From assembly GCA_039091535.1 (NCBI GenBank), contig JAWCLW010000001.1:81073-145072 (forward strand): a stretch of DNA of 64,000 bases. Direction: 5' to 3'. The notes beneath the pieces were generated by a model. The model was not told where the DNA came from and searched no databases. It was given only the letters and a program-made list of their open reading frames with translations. The first letter of the stretch is position 1, and every line of letters begins with the position of its first letter. Source of the stretch: Candidatus Aenigmatarchaeota archaeon (lineage in GTDB: Archaea; Aenigmatarchaeota; Aenigmatarchaeia; GW2011-AR5). The position numbers and the translations under genes were made by a program. Shown here one piece after another: positions 39,340 to 47,413 of the stretch.

Positions 39340-40119
39340 ATGGAAAATTTCGAAAAGTATGTGGAAGAAGCGATGAATAAAATTGTTAAAACTTATCAGC
39401 ATGACCATCCATTGTATCAAGAAACGCACATAGTAAAAAGCATTATTAACAAAGATAAGCAGATAGCTGCGTTTGTATTGTTCGAACAGATAGATACTGA
39501 TAGATACACCCCTAATGGAGATGGTTGGCGAGGAGATCAGTATAGATATAGTGTTTGGTATATAAGAGGATTTGAAGAGCCAAAACAAATTTACGAAGAT
39601 CATGCATGGAAAAGAAGGTCGATTTCTGGTTTAACAGGAACAAAAGGCAGAGATCCTTACATTGGCCTAGAGGAGCTGCTTGAGGACGGGGTCATTGTAA
39701 CAATAACTCCTGAAGGAACCCAGGATGCTTATGGCGATCTTTCACAAGTAAAAGTAAAGATAACATTTGACGGCAAAATTGAAGAGCCTGAAGATTTCAT
39801 TGAGCGAGCAAAAAATCTGGTTAAAAGAATAGGACCAAAACTAGGATATGATTATTTAAGTGGAGAAAAACAGCTCGAAGGAAAAAATGTTGCTGCATTT
39901 GTCTGGGCAGCTGAAAATGGCTCGACTTATGGATATGATACAGTTTATCTTGTATGGAAAGATAAAAAGGGAAAAATAAACTATGAAGAACTTACAAATT
40001 CAAGGTATGACAAGGCTTATCTTAGCATCGATGAGCTTCGAGAGGAAGGGGATAAAATAATAATAAAAGTAAAAGGTAGGAAGTACGAGAGAAGCAAGAA
40101 AGAGCTAGGGCTAAAATAA
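39340..40119 (+). CDS. island gene C: uncharacterised protein, possible distant paralog of gene A
   Basis: The ATG at 39340 sits 7 nt after GGAGGGGTGA. No known domain recognised. Confidence 0.6.
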   Translation: MENFEKYVEEAMNKIVKTYQHDHPLYQETHIVKSIINKDKQIAAFVLFEQIDTDRYTPNGDGWRGDQYRYSVWYIRGFEEPKQIYEDHAWKRRSISGLTGTKGRDPYIGLEELLEDGVIVTITPEGTQDAYGDLSQVKVKITFDGKIEEPEDFIERAKNLVKRIGPKLGYDYLSGEKQLEGKNVAAFVWAAENGSTYGYDTVYLVWKDKKGKINYEELTNSRYDKAYLSIDELREEGDKIIIKVKGRKYERSKKELGLK

Positions 40120-40206
40120 ACTGTTTGGGCAGTAAGGCAAGTGACCAACCTAAAGAATTTTTGTGTTATAGAAAAAAACAGATAAAGGAATATTAATAAA
40201 AAGATA

Positions 40207-40257
40207 GAAGCAGAATGAGCACGACGCGATGAAGTAAATGGAAGGAGGTAAGGGAAA
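40207..40257 (+). repeat. junction element copy 3
   Basis: gaagcagaatGAGCACGACGCGATGAAGTAAATGGAAGGAGGTAAGggaaa lies directly before the ATG at 40258. Confidence 0.9.
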
Positions 40258-40977
40258 ATGGAAAAGGAAATAATTGAAAAAATAAAAGAAAATCCTGGAA
40301 AGATTTTGCTTACCACAGATGTTCATGGTGATAAGGAGAATCTTATTAAAGCAATGAAGATTGGCAAAGAAAAAGGAGCCAAAATTGCATTTGATCTTGG
40401 AGATACAGAACTAGGACAAAAAATATATGATAAGATTGCAAGAGACATTGGTTTAGAGGGAGGTATAATACTTGAAACTTTTTATGATCATATTTTAAAT
40501 GGAGAAAAGGACATTAAAGAAATAAGCAAATTATTTATAAACAATGGGACAATACTTCCAGTTCATTATGTTATATACAATGACAAGTTTGAAAAATATG
40601 TTATTAGTGAAGGTTCAAGAGAACTTAGTGAAGATATAATGGAAAGAAATTATAATAAAAATGATCTTGAAAAAATAATAGAAAGATCACGTTTGGAACC
40701 ATTTTTAATAATTAAAGGAGATGACCACAAGGCTTATATAGGAAAAGTTAAAAACGTAGAAAAAATATTCAGTGTGAAGTATGTGCCTCGTTCTGAATTA
40801 ACTGATAAAGAACTAAAATTATTTGAACTAAAAGATGAAACAGAAATAAATGAACCTGGATTATATGTTATTAATCCTGGGTTTATATTTCGGGATCAGG
40901 AAGTTTTATTCTCATGCATGGTTTTAGATTGTACTAGAAAAGGTTATTTCAAGATAGAGTACATTCCATTGATTTAA
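40258..40977 (+). CDS. island gene D: divergent YfcE/MJ0936-type metallophosphoesterase-like protein
   Basis: KILLTTDVHGD (DxH motif), AFDLGD (GD motif), IIKGDDH in place of GHTH, YVINPGF (NPGS-like), and a C-terminal beta-strand pattern. The GNHD-type motif is not evident. Confidence 0.5.
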   Translation: MEKEIIEKIKENPGKILLTTDVHGDKENLIKAMKIGKEKGAKIAFDLGDTELGQKIYDKIARDIGLEGGIILETFYDHILNGEKDIKEISKLFINNGTILPVHYVIYNDKFEKYVISEGSRELSEDIMERNYNKNDLEKIIERSRLEPFLIIKGDDHKAYIGKVKNVEKIFSVKYVPRSELTDKELKLFELKDETEINEPGLYVINPGFIFRDQEVLFSCMVLDCTRKGYFKIEYIPLI

Positions 40978-41006
40978 TAAAACAATAAATCACCGGGGTG
41001 TGATGC

Positions 41007-41047
41007 TAATCGAGCACGATGCAGAGGGGAGGGGGGGGGAGATAAAA
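41007..41047 (+). repeat. junction element copy 4 (5' half conserved, 3' half replaced by G-rich run)
   Basis: taatcGAGCACGATGCAGAGGGGA-G9-AGATAAAA lies directly before the ATG at 41048. It shares AATCGAGCACGA with copy 1. Confidence 0.7.
41031..41039 (+). repeat. G9 homopolymer in the ribosome-binding region of gene E
   Basis: Nine consecutive G read directly from the sequence. The tract ends 8 nt upstream of the ATG at 41048. Confidence 0.9.
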
Positions 41048-41581
41048 ATGAAAAATTATAAACAACTTTACTTGAAGAGAATAAAAGAAAAAAATGATGA
41101 TAAAGAAGTAAAGAAACAACTAGAAGACATAATAAACAGAGAAACAGTAGGAGTCAAAAAATTTGGAAAAATTGACTATGGTGAATGTGATTGTGATTGG
41201 TGTCAGAAAATCCATGGAGATTATATTTACAGTGGTTTATTAAATTACAAGCCAAGCAGCATGGATAGAATTGGTCATTATGCAGCCTTTATATTAAATA
41301 AGGAAACACAAATTATGGGCGCTGGCTTACAAATATTACAAGATTTTGGAGTAATAGAAAAAGGCAAAATTTACAGATATGGATTTAGAACAATCAGTGA
41401 TGGAAGGACTTTCACTAAATATAATTCATATTACATTGGTGTTGCAATATTGGAGATAGATGAAAAAAATCACGAAGTCACAATTGGATTAGGATCAGCT
41501 GATGATTACTTAGACGTTTATAAATTAAATACTAAAAAAGGAGAATTTGAAAAGATAATGAGCAGAATAAAATTAAAATAA
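41048..41581 (+). CDS. island gene E: uncharacterised protein with CxCxxCxxxH cluster
   Basis: MKNYKQLYLKR... with GECDCDWCQKIHGD. The frame is also open from the ATG at 41003 through the junction element (MLIEHDAEGRGGEIK-M...). Confidence 0.55.
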   Translation: MKNYKQLYLKRIKEKNDDKEVKKQLEDIINRETVGVKKFGKIDYGECDCDWCQKIHGDYIYSGLLNYKPSSMDRIGHYAAFILNKETQIMGAGLQILQDFGVIEKGKIYRYGFRTISDGRTFTKYNSYYIGVAILEIDEKNHEVTIGLGSADDYLDVYKLNTKKGEFEKIMSRIKLK

Positions 41582-41781
41582 TGGTATATGAACTTTCCGG
41601 GACAAAGAAAGAGCTTGATAATGTTATTAATTTGCTGAATAAAGACAGGAATATTTGTTTATGTTTAAAATTCGGTTAGATTCATCAAGATGATTATTTA
41701 CAATACATTAAATTCCGATTTAATGATAAAAATAATAAAAATTTATTAGTCATGAAATATAATAAATAAGATGTGAATAAA

Positions 41782-42630
41782 ATGGAAAAAATAAATGCAG
41801 ATGAACTGTACATGCCACAAACAGAGATATGGAAATGGAACCTAAAAAAATATGCTAAGGAAAATAGCTTAAAAGAAATAAAGAATACAAGTTTTTATCT
41901 AACAAAATTTGAGGATTTTCCAACAGCAGATAATATATCCGTATTACTTGTAAGAATAGCATTAGCAGATTTAGAAGGTAGATTATCAAAAGAAAAGAAA
42001 TATGTTGTTCTTCAAACCTATTATGATGATGGTGACTTAAGTACTCTCGATATTGTCAGACTTCCATTAGATTTACATAAAGAAATTAAAAGAGAGTATT
42101 TGAATAAGATTTTAACTGAAAATATAAGTAGACAGCCAAATCTTTTGCTTTCCAAAGATACATTTTCAAGGTATTTGACAGCAGGTGGGTTTATTGATGG
42201 TAATGAAAAGAATATAGAGTTTTATGGGTCAAGCAGTGATTTCTCTAATAAATTTTCTATATATTCTGTAAATGATATCGTAGCGTATCTTGTAAAAGAA
42301 TCTGGGTTATTTGAAAATGTCAAAAGCAAAGATGAAGGTTTAGAAAAAGGGGAAGAATATATCAATAGATGTCTCGATCTAATGAAAAAATATAAATTAA
42401 AGTCAGAATTCTATTCACAATTAATTGATTTATATCAGCTTGAAAAAATAAGAAATAAAGAATATGTCGGCTCACATATTCTTTATTCAATAGCTATGAT
42501 GAAAAGCATAGATAAAGCAATAAAAGAAGATAAAGACTTTCTACAAGCATTTATAGAAGAAGGTACAGAAGGAATTTGCAGGGAAATGTTAATAAGAGGC
42601 ATTGCAGAAATATTAAAAACAAGTGATTAA
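41782..42630 (+). CDS. island gene F: uncharacterised protein (282 aa)
   Basis: Clean ORF on the same strand. It is not preceded by the junction element. No domain recognised. Confidence 0.5.
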   Translation: MEKINADELYMPQTEIWKWNLKKYAKENSLKEIKNTSFYLTKFEDFPTADNISVLLVRIALADLEGRLSKEKKYVVLQTYYDDGDLSTLDIVRLPLDLHKEIKREYLNKILTENISRQPNLLLSKDTFSRYLTAGGFIDGNEKNIEFYGSSSDFSNKFSIYSVNDIVAYLVKESGLFENVKSKDEGLEKGEEYINRCLDLMKKYKLKSEFYSQLIDLYQLEKIRNKEYVGSHILYSIAMMKSIDKAIKEDKDFLQAFIEEGTEGICREMLIRGIAEILKTSD

Positions 42631-42789
42631 AATATTACATAAAATTTTGATAGCAGATGTAAGATGATTCATGAAAATAGCAGTATTTATGCAATTGAAC
42701 AGATAAGAAATATTGAACAAATAAAGGAAGAATAAAACAAATGAATTTTATCTTTCATTTTTTAATCTTTTTCTCTGTATTTATTTTTC

Positions 42790-44343
42790 ATGTCATTTGA
42801 TGCTATTTATAATGAATTGATAGAAAAAATAAAAAACAAAGAAATAAGAAATCAGAAAGAATTGGAAAAAGAAAAAATAATAATTGCAAAAAAATATAAC
42901 ATTGACAGGGTAATAAAGAATGCAGATCTCATTGCTTTTCTTGAAAAAAAAGACAAAAATTATAAAAATTTAAAGAAATTCTTAAAAACAAAGCCTGTAC
43001 GAACTGCTTCTGGTGTTGCAAATATCGCTGTGATGTGGATAGATAAAAATAATACTACATGTCCTGGACAATGTATCTATTGTCCACAAGGCAAATATTC
43101 CCCAAAAAGTTATACAGGTACAGAGCCTGCAACCATGCGAGCTATACAAACGAATTATGACCCATATATGCAAGTGAAAACAAGATTAAGACAACTAGAA
43201 ATTATTGGTCATCCGACAGACAAGTGTGAATTAATTATAATGGGTGGGACATTTATCTCAACATCAAAAAAGTTTCAGGAAAATTTTATAAAAAATTGTT
43301 TAGATGCAATGAATGGATGTAAAAGTAAAAATTTGAAAGAAGCTCAAAAAAGAAATGAGAAAGCAAGACATCGTTGCATTGGTCTGACAATAGAGACACG
43401 GGCAGATTATTGTAAAAAGGAACATATAGAACAGATGTTGAAATTAGGTTGCACACGTGTTGAATTAGGTGTGCAAACAACATCTGACAAAATATTAGAA
43501 AAAATAAATCGTGGCTATAGCACAAAAGAAAATATAGAAGCAATTAGACTGTTAAAAAAAGCTGGTTTGAAAGTATGCGTTCATTGGATGCCTGGATTAA
43601 CGGGATTATTTGGAAAAATAAACAAGAGAAAAGAAATAGAAATGTTTAAAGAATTATTTGAAAACAAGGATTTTCGACCAGATGAACTGAAAATATACCC
43701 AACATTGGTAATCCCTGGGACCAAGTTATACGAACTTTGGAAAAATAATGAATATAAACCATTAACAATTAATCAAACAATTAATTTATTAATAGAGATG
43801 AAAAAAATCGTACCAAAATATGTTAGGATAAAAAGAGTAATGCGTGATATCTCCCATAAAGAAGTTGTTGCAGGACCAAATGCAACAAACCTAAGACAAT
43901 TAATACATATGAAAATGAAAGAATCTAGAATCAAATGTAATTGTATAAGATGTAGAGAAGTTGGCCTGCAAAATAAAAAACCAATTAATGTGAAATTAAA
44001 AAAATTTGAATATGAGGCATCAAATGGCAAAGAAATATTCCTGAGCTTCGAGGATAATAAAAACAATCTGCTTTTGGCTTTTTTGCGTTTGCGAATTGAT
44101 GATGATAATTTTGCAAAAGTTAGGGAATTACATGTTTATGGTCCAATGATACCTATAGGTAAACGAGAAAGAACAGCAATACAACATAAAGGTTATGGAA
44201 AAAAATTGCTGAAGAATGCTGAAAAAATTGCAAAAGAATACAAAAAAGATGGTGTCCAAATCACTTCTGGTATTGGTGCGCGTGATTACTATAGAAAATT
44301 TGGGTATAAATTAAAAGAATTCTATATGATAAAAAGTCTTTAA
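42790..44343 (+). CDS. elp3: Elp3-type radical-SAM / acetyltransferase tRNA modification enzyme
   Basis: A radical-SAM cluster CPGQCIYCP, the conserved Elp3 core, and a C-terminal GNAT (HKGYGKKLLKNAE) are present. Confidence 0.9.
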   Translation: MSFDAIYNELIEKIKNKEIRNQKELEKEKIIIAKKYNIDRVIKNADLIAFLEKKDKNYKNLKKFLKTKPVRTASGVANIAVMWIDKNNTTCPGQCIYCPQGKYSPKSYTGTEPATMRAIQTNYDPYMQVKTRLRQLEIIGHPTDKCELIIMGGTFISTSKKFQENFIKNCLDAMNGCKSKNLKEAQKRNEKARHRCIGLTIETRADYCKKEHIEQMLKLGCTRVELGVQTTSDKILEKINRGYSTKENIEAIRLLKKAGLKVCVHWMPGLTGLFGKINKRKEIEMFKELFENKDFRPDELKIYPTLVIPGTKLYELWKNNEYKPLTINQTINLLIEMKKIVPKYVRIKRVMRDISHKEVVAGPNATNLRQLIHMKMKESRIKCNCIRCREVGLQNKKPINVKLKKFEYEASNGKEIFLSFEDNKNNLLLAFLRLRIDDDNFAKVRELHVYGPMIPIGKRERTAIQHKGYGKKLLKNAEKIAKEYKKDGVQITSGIGARDYYRKFGYKLKEFYMIKSL

Positions 44344-44410
44344 TCCCTTTCTGTATAATTATTAATGTGGATGATGGCTCATTCTGCTTGACATACTTAT
44401 GGTGTTATTT

Positions 44411-44638
44411 ATGCCAATAGAAGATGAGATGCGTGCTGAAATGAAAAAACTTGAGAAAGAAATAGAACTAATAGATGATGAGTTAGAAAAATTACATAAC
44501 AAAATCTTGCATCTTATCATGATAAGAAAAAAGAAAGAACGTGACTTAAAAGTATTGAGATCATCATTTGGATACGAAGAAGAAATGGAAAAAGAGATAC
44601 AAACAACATTAGCAAAATTATTGAAAGAGAAGATTTGA
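44411..44638 (+). CDS. small coiled-coil protein
   Basis: A 75-aa Glu/Lys-rich heptad-like ORF. Function unknown. Confidence 0.35.
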   Translation: MPIEDEMRAEMKKLEKEIELIDDELEKLHNKILHLIMIRKKKERDLKVLRSSFGYEEEMEKEIQTTLAKLLKEKI

Positions 44639-44655
44639 ATTTATAAATTCCGGTT

Positions 44656-45312
44656 TTAAGATTTCTTTTGGATTTTATTTTTCTTATTTTTATGATGATA
44701 ATAAATAAGACCAATAGTAAATATTATTATCAATACTGATATCATATTTTCTATTTTATCTATTTGCAATGCTATAGAGAAAAATGCATTACCAACAAAC
44801 CAACCAAGAAACCCTAAAATAAATGCCCTAGGTATTGCGCCAATAAATGTGGCAATTGTATATTTTTTCCAAGAAAGTTGAAATACACCAGCCGCTAATG
44901 AAACAAGGGACATTGGAACAATAGGAATCAAACGAAGAATAATAATTGTATACCATGTTTTTCTACCTTTTCCAAACTTTTTTCCAATTTTTTCTATTTC
45001 TTTCCATTCAACATCAAAATATCTATGGAACTTTTTTATTGTATGCTTGCCGCCAAAATAACCAATACCATAAGCAAAGAAAGAGCCAATAGTTGCTGCA
45101 ATCGCAGCTGGAAGAACAACTATAAATATCATTGGGATGATTGCTTCAAAGAATGTCAGATTTGAATCGATTAGTATAAATCCAGCAGCCATTTGTATAA
45201 GTGGTGATGGTATTGGTATTATTATTTCTTCTATTAGAACTCCGGCAAAGACACTCCATGCTCCATATGATTGTATTGATGCAATCAACCATGCCATAAA
45301 TTCTGAAAGCAT
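44656..45312 (-). CDS. DedA/VTT-family membrane protein
   Basis: YGAWSVFAGVLIEEIIIPIPSPLIQMAAGF and later GxxxR-containing helices are typical of DedA. Confidence 0.7.
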   Translation of the reverse strand: MLSEFMAWLIASIQSYGAWSVFAGVLIEEIIIPIPSPLIQMAAGFILIDSNLTFFEAIIPMIFIVVLPAAIAATIGSFFAYGIGYFGGKHTIKKFHRYFDVEWKEIEKIGKKFGKGRKTWYTIIILRLIPIVPMSLVSLAAGVFQLSWKKYTIATFIGAIPRAFILGFLGWFVGNAFFSIALQIDKIENMISVLIIIFTIGLIYYHHKNKKNKIQKKS

Positions 45313-45361
45313 TTAATAAATAAAAAAATAAGTACTTAAATTCTTATTTAAAACTTTAATT

Positions 45362-47230
45362 TTAACCAATAAAAACAGGTCTTTTTGTCAATAATCTTGG
45401 CAAAGATAATTTCTTGAAAGGGAAATCTTTTGTCTTTTCTCTAATGTATTTTATTATTTCATTTAATTCCATTTTTTCAATCTTTCCACTTTGTCTAAAT
45501 CTAACAGCCAATTTACCACTCTCCTTTTCTTTCTCACCTATAACAATAGTTAATGGTACCCATTCAACTTCTGCGTCTCTTATTTTTTTTGCTATGCTTT
45601 CTGTGCGATCATCTATATCCACACGTATGTTATTTTTATCAAATTCATTTGCAATTTCTTCTGCCCATTTTATAAACGAATCATTAACAGGACACAATCT
45701 TACTTGTGTTGGCGAGAGCCATAATGGAAATATTGCTCTCTGTAAGTCTTGCATATAAGCCTTTTCAAGCAATGCATATATCACTCGTTCTATTGCACCA
45801 GAAGGTGAGCAATGTAAAATAATCGGATATTTCTTTTTGTTATCCGAATCCATAAATTGTATTCCATATCTTTCTGCATTCTCAACATCTATTTGGTCTG
45901 TTGTCAATGCAGCCGCCTTATCTAAAGCATCAATAAAATTAAATTCATATTTAAAAACAAAATAAAAGAATTTTTTATCCCACATTTCTAAAAGTGCTGG
46001 TTTTCCCCAATTCTTTACAAGTGCTTGTACAAAATCTTTGTGTTCATCATAAAAATCCTTTACAACCCTTATTGCTAATTCTAAATCATCTTTTATTGAT
46101 AGACCAACACCCTCTTCTATATTTTTTGAAAGTTCAAATCTTCGCATTAATTCTTCTTTTGCTTGTTTTATATCTTTACAGAAAGCATGAACATCTGGCA
46201 TTGTAAATGTTCTCAATCTGCGCAATCCAGCAAGCTCACCTCTTTGCTCAACACGAAAGCTATATTTTGTAAGTTCATAAATACGGAAAGGTAAGTTCCT
46301 GTAAGATATTGTAGCTTTTTGTGACATCAAAAACTGACCAAAACATGCTGAGAAACGCAAAAATACACGTTTATTTGGAGTTTTTATTGTATATTGTCTT
46401 GCTGGAAATCGATTAAGATAATTCTTCAGTGCAGGATGCTCATAATCATACATTATTGGTGTCTCGACTTCCATTCCACCATATTCAATAACTTTTTGTG
46501 TTACAAAATCTTCAAGAAGAGATTTTATTAATCTCCCTTTTGGCATATATCTAAAATTTCCTGGGTCGCTTGCCTCCTCATAATCAACAAGTTCTAATTT
46601 TCTCATTAATTTTATATGCGGTGGTTCTTTTTCAACAATCCTACTTTTCTTTATTTCATATTTTGCAAGCTTCTCAAGATTTTTATGTTTTGAAAAATCA
46701 AATCCATCTATCTTTTTACCATCATACTCTATTTTTTGCATATTTCCATCCGGTTCAATAATATACCAATCTGACTTTAACTTTTCCTCTTTTTTTATAG
46801 CTTCGGATACTTCTTTTGTTTCATCTGCACCAATCTCTCTAGAAAGTTCAGAAAGTGGATGACCTTTGCATTTTATGTTAAATGATTTATACCACCCAAA
46901 AGGCGCTCTATGAACATCGTAATCTTTTTTTAGTAAAGATTCTATTTTTTTCAATAAATCTAAAGCGATAGATGGTGAAGCAGGTTTTGATGATAAATGA
47001 ACAAATGGGTATATTACAATAGTTTTGACCTTGACCTGTTCTGCAACATTCTTTATTTCTTTTACTGTTTTTTCGACAACTGACTTTTCATCCCCTTCTT
47101 CTGCTGATGCAAAAACAACTAAACAATCATTTATCTTTATTTTTTCCTTTTTCACTTTTTCAGCAGATGCTATTGCCTTTGTTTTTGGTTCATATTCTAT
47201 AAAATCTGAATGTATCAATAATATTTTCAT
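45362..47230 (-). CDS. thrS: threonyl-tRNA synthetase with archaeal N-terminal editing domain
   Basis: MKILLIHSDFIEYEP... is the archaeal DTD-like editing domain. It is followed by class II motifs (FRVEQRGELAGLRRLRTFTMPD) and an anticodon-binding domain. Confidence 0.9.
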   Translation of the reverse strand: MKILLIHSDFIEYEPKTKAIASAEKVKKEKIKINDCLVVFASAEEGDEKSVVEKTVKEIKNVAEQVKVKTIVIYPFVHLSSKPASPSIALDLLKKIESLLKKDYDVHRAPFGWYKSFNIKCKGHPLSELSREIGADETKEVSEAIKKEEKLKSDWYIIEPDGNMQKIEYDGKKIDGFDFSKHKNLEKLAKYEIKKSRIVEKEPPHIKLMRKLELVDYEEASDPGNFRYMPKGRLIKSLLEDFVTQKVIEYGGMEVETPIMYDYEHPALKNYLNRFPARQYTIKTPNKRVFLRFSACFGQFLMSQKATISYRNLPFRIYELTKYSFRVEQRGELAGLRRLRTFTMPDVHAFCKDIKQAKEELMRRFELSKNIEEGVGLSIKDDLELAIRVVKDFYDEHKDFVQALVKNWGKPALLEMWDKKFFYFVFKYEFNFIDALDKAAALTTDQIDVENAERYGIQFMDSDNKKKYPIILHCSPSGAIERVIYALLEKAYMQDLQRAIFPLWLSPTQVRLCPVNDSFIKWAEEIANEFDKNNIRVDIDDRTESIAKKIRDAEVEWVPLTIVIGEKEKESGKLAVRFRQSGKIEKMELNEIIKYIREKTKDFPFKKLSLPRLLTKRPVFIG

Positions 47231-47375
47231 GAAATCACCACATTTGCTATTATACCATTTATTAATCTTAAAATATCTTTTGTTTTAATATCTATTAAAT
47301 AAAAAGAATCAGCATTGTATTGTTTCTTGTCCACCGGTACTCATACCTCGCACCCAAAATTTATTTATACAAAAA

Positions 47376-47386
47376 TTTATTTAAAT
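47376..47386 (+). promoter_or_regulatory. candidate TATA box for tRNA-Gln
   Basis: TTTATTTAAAT ends 28 nt upstream of the mature tRNA 5' end. This is the expected archaeal spacing if the TSS is just upstream of the tRNA. Confidence 0.35.
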
Positions 47387-47413
47387 CTTTTACAAACGAA
47401 AAATTCTAAGTAT

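Noticed and set aside
39256-40316. Minus-strand ORFs 39093..39275, 39256..39603 and 40017..40316 within the island
   Set aside because: They are antisense to the better-supported plus-strand genes B, C and D, which have strong RBS-ATG contexts. Their translations are low-complexity.
38631-41047. Interpreting the repeated junction element as integron attC sites or as CRISPR-like repeats
   Set aside because: The element has no internal imperfect inverted repeat (no R''/L''-L'/R' architecture). There is no GTTRRRY core that I can see, and no integrase gene in the window. The spacing is one full gene (650-920 bp), not 25-50 bp spacers. I therefore keep it as an undescribed junction element rather than naming it attC or CRISPR.
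35959-42630. Calling the island a prophage, plasmid insertion or other mobile element
   Set aside because: I found no integrase, transposase, capsid/terminase-like or replication gene. I found no flanking direct repeats, and the nearest tRNA genes are 5 kb and 17 kb away. Foreign origin remains possible but is not supported by mobility hallmarks.
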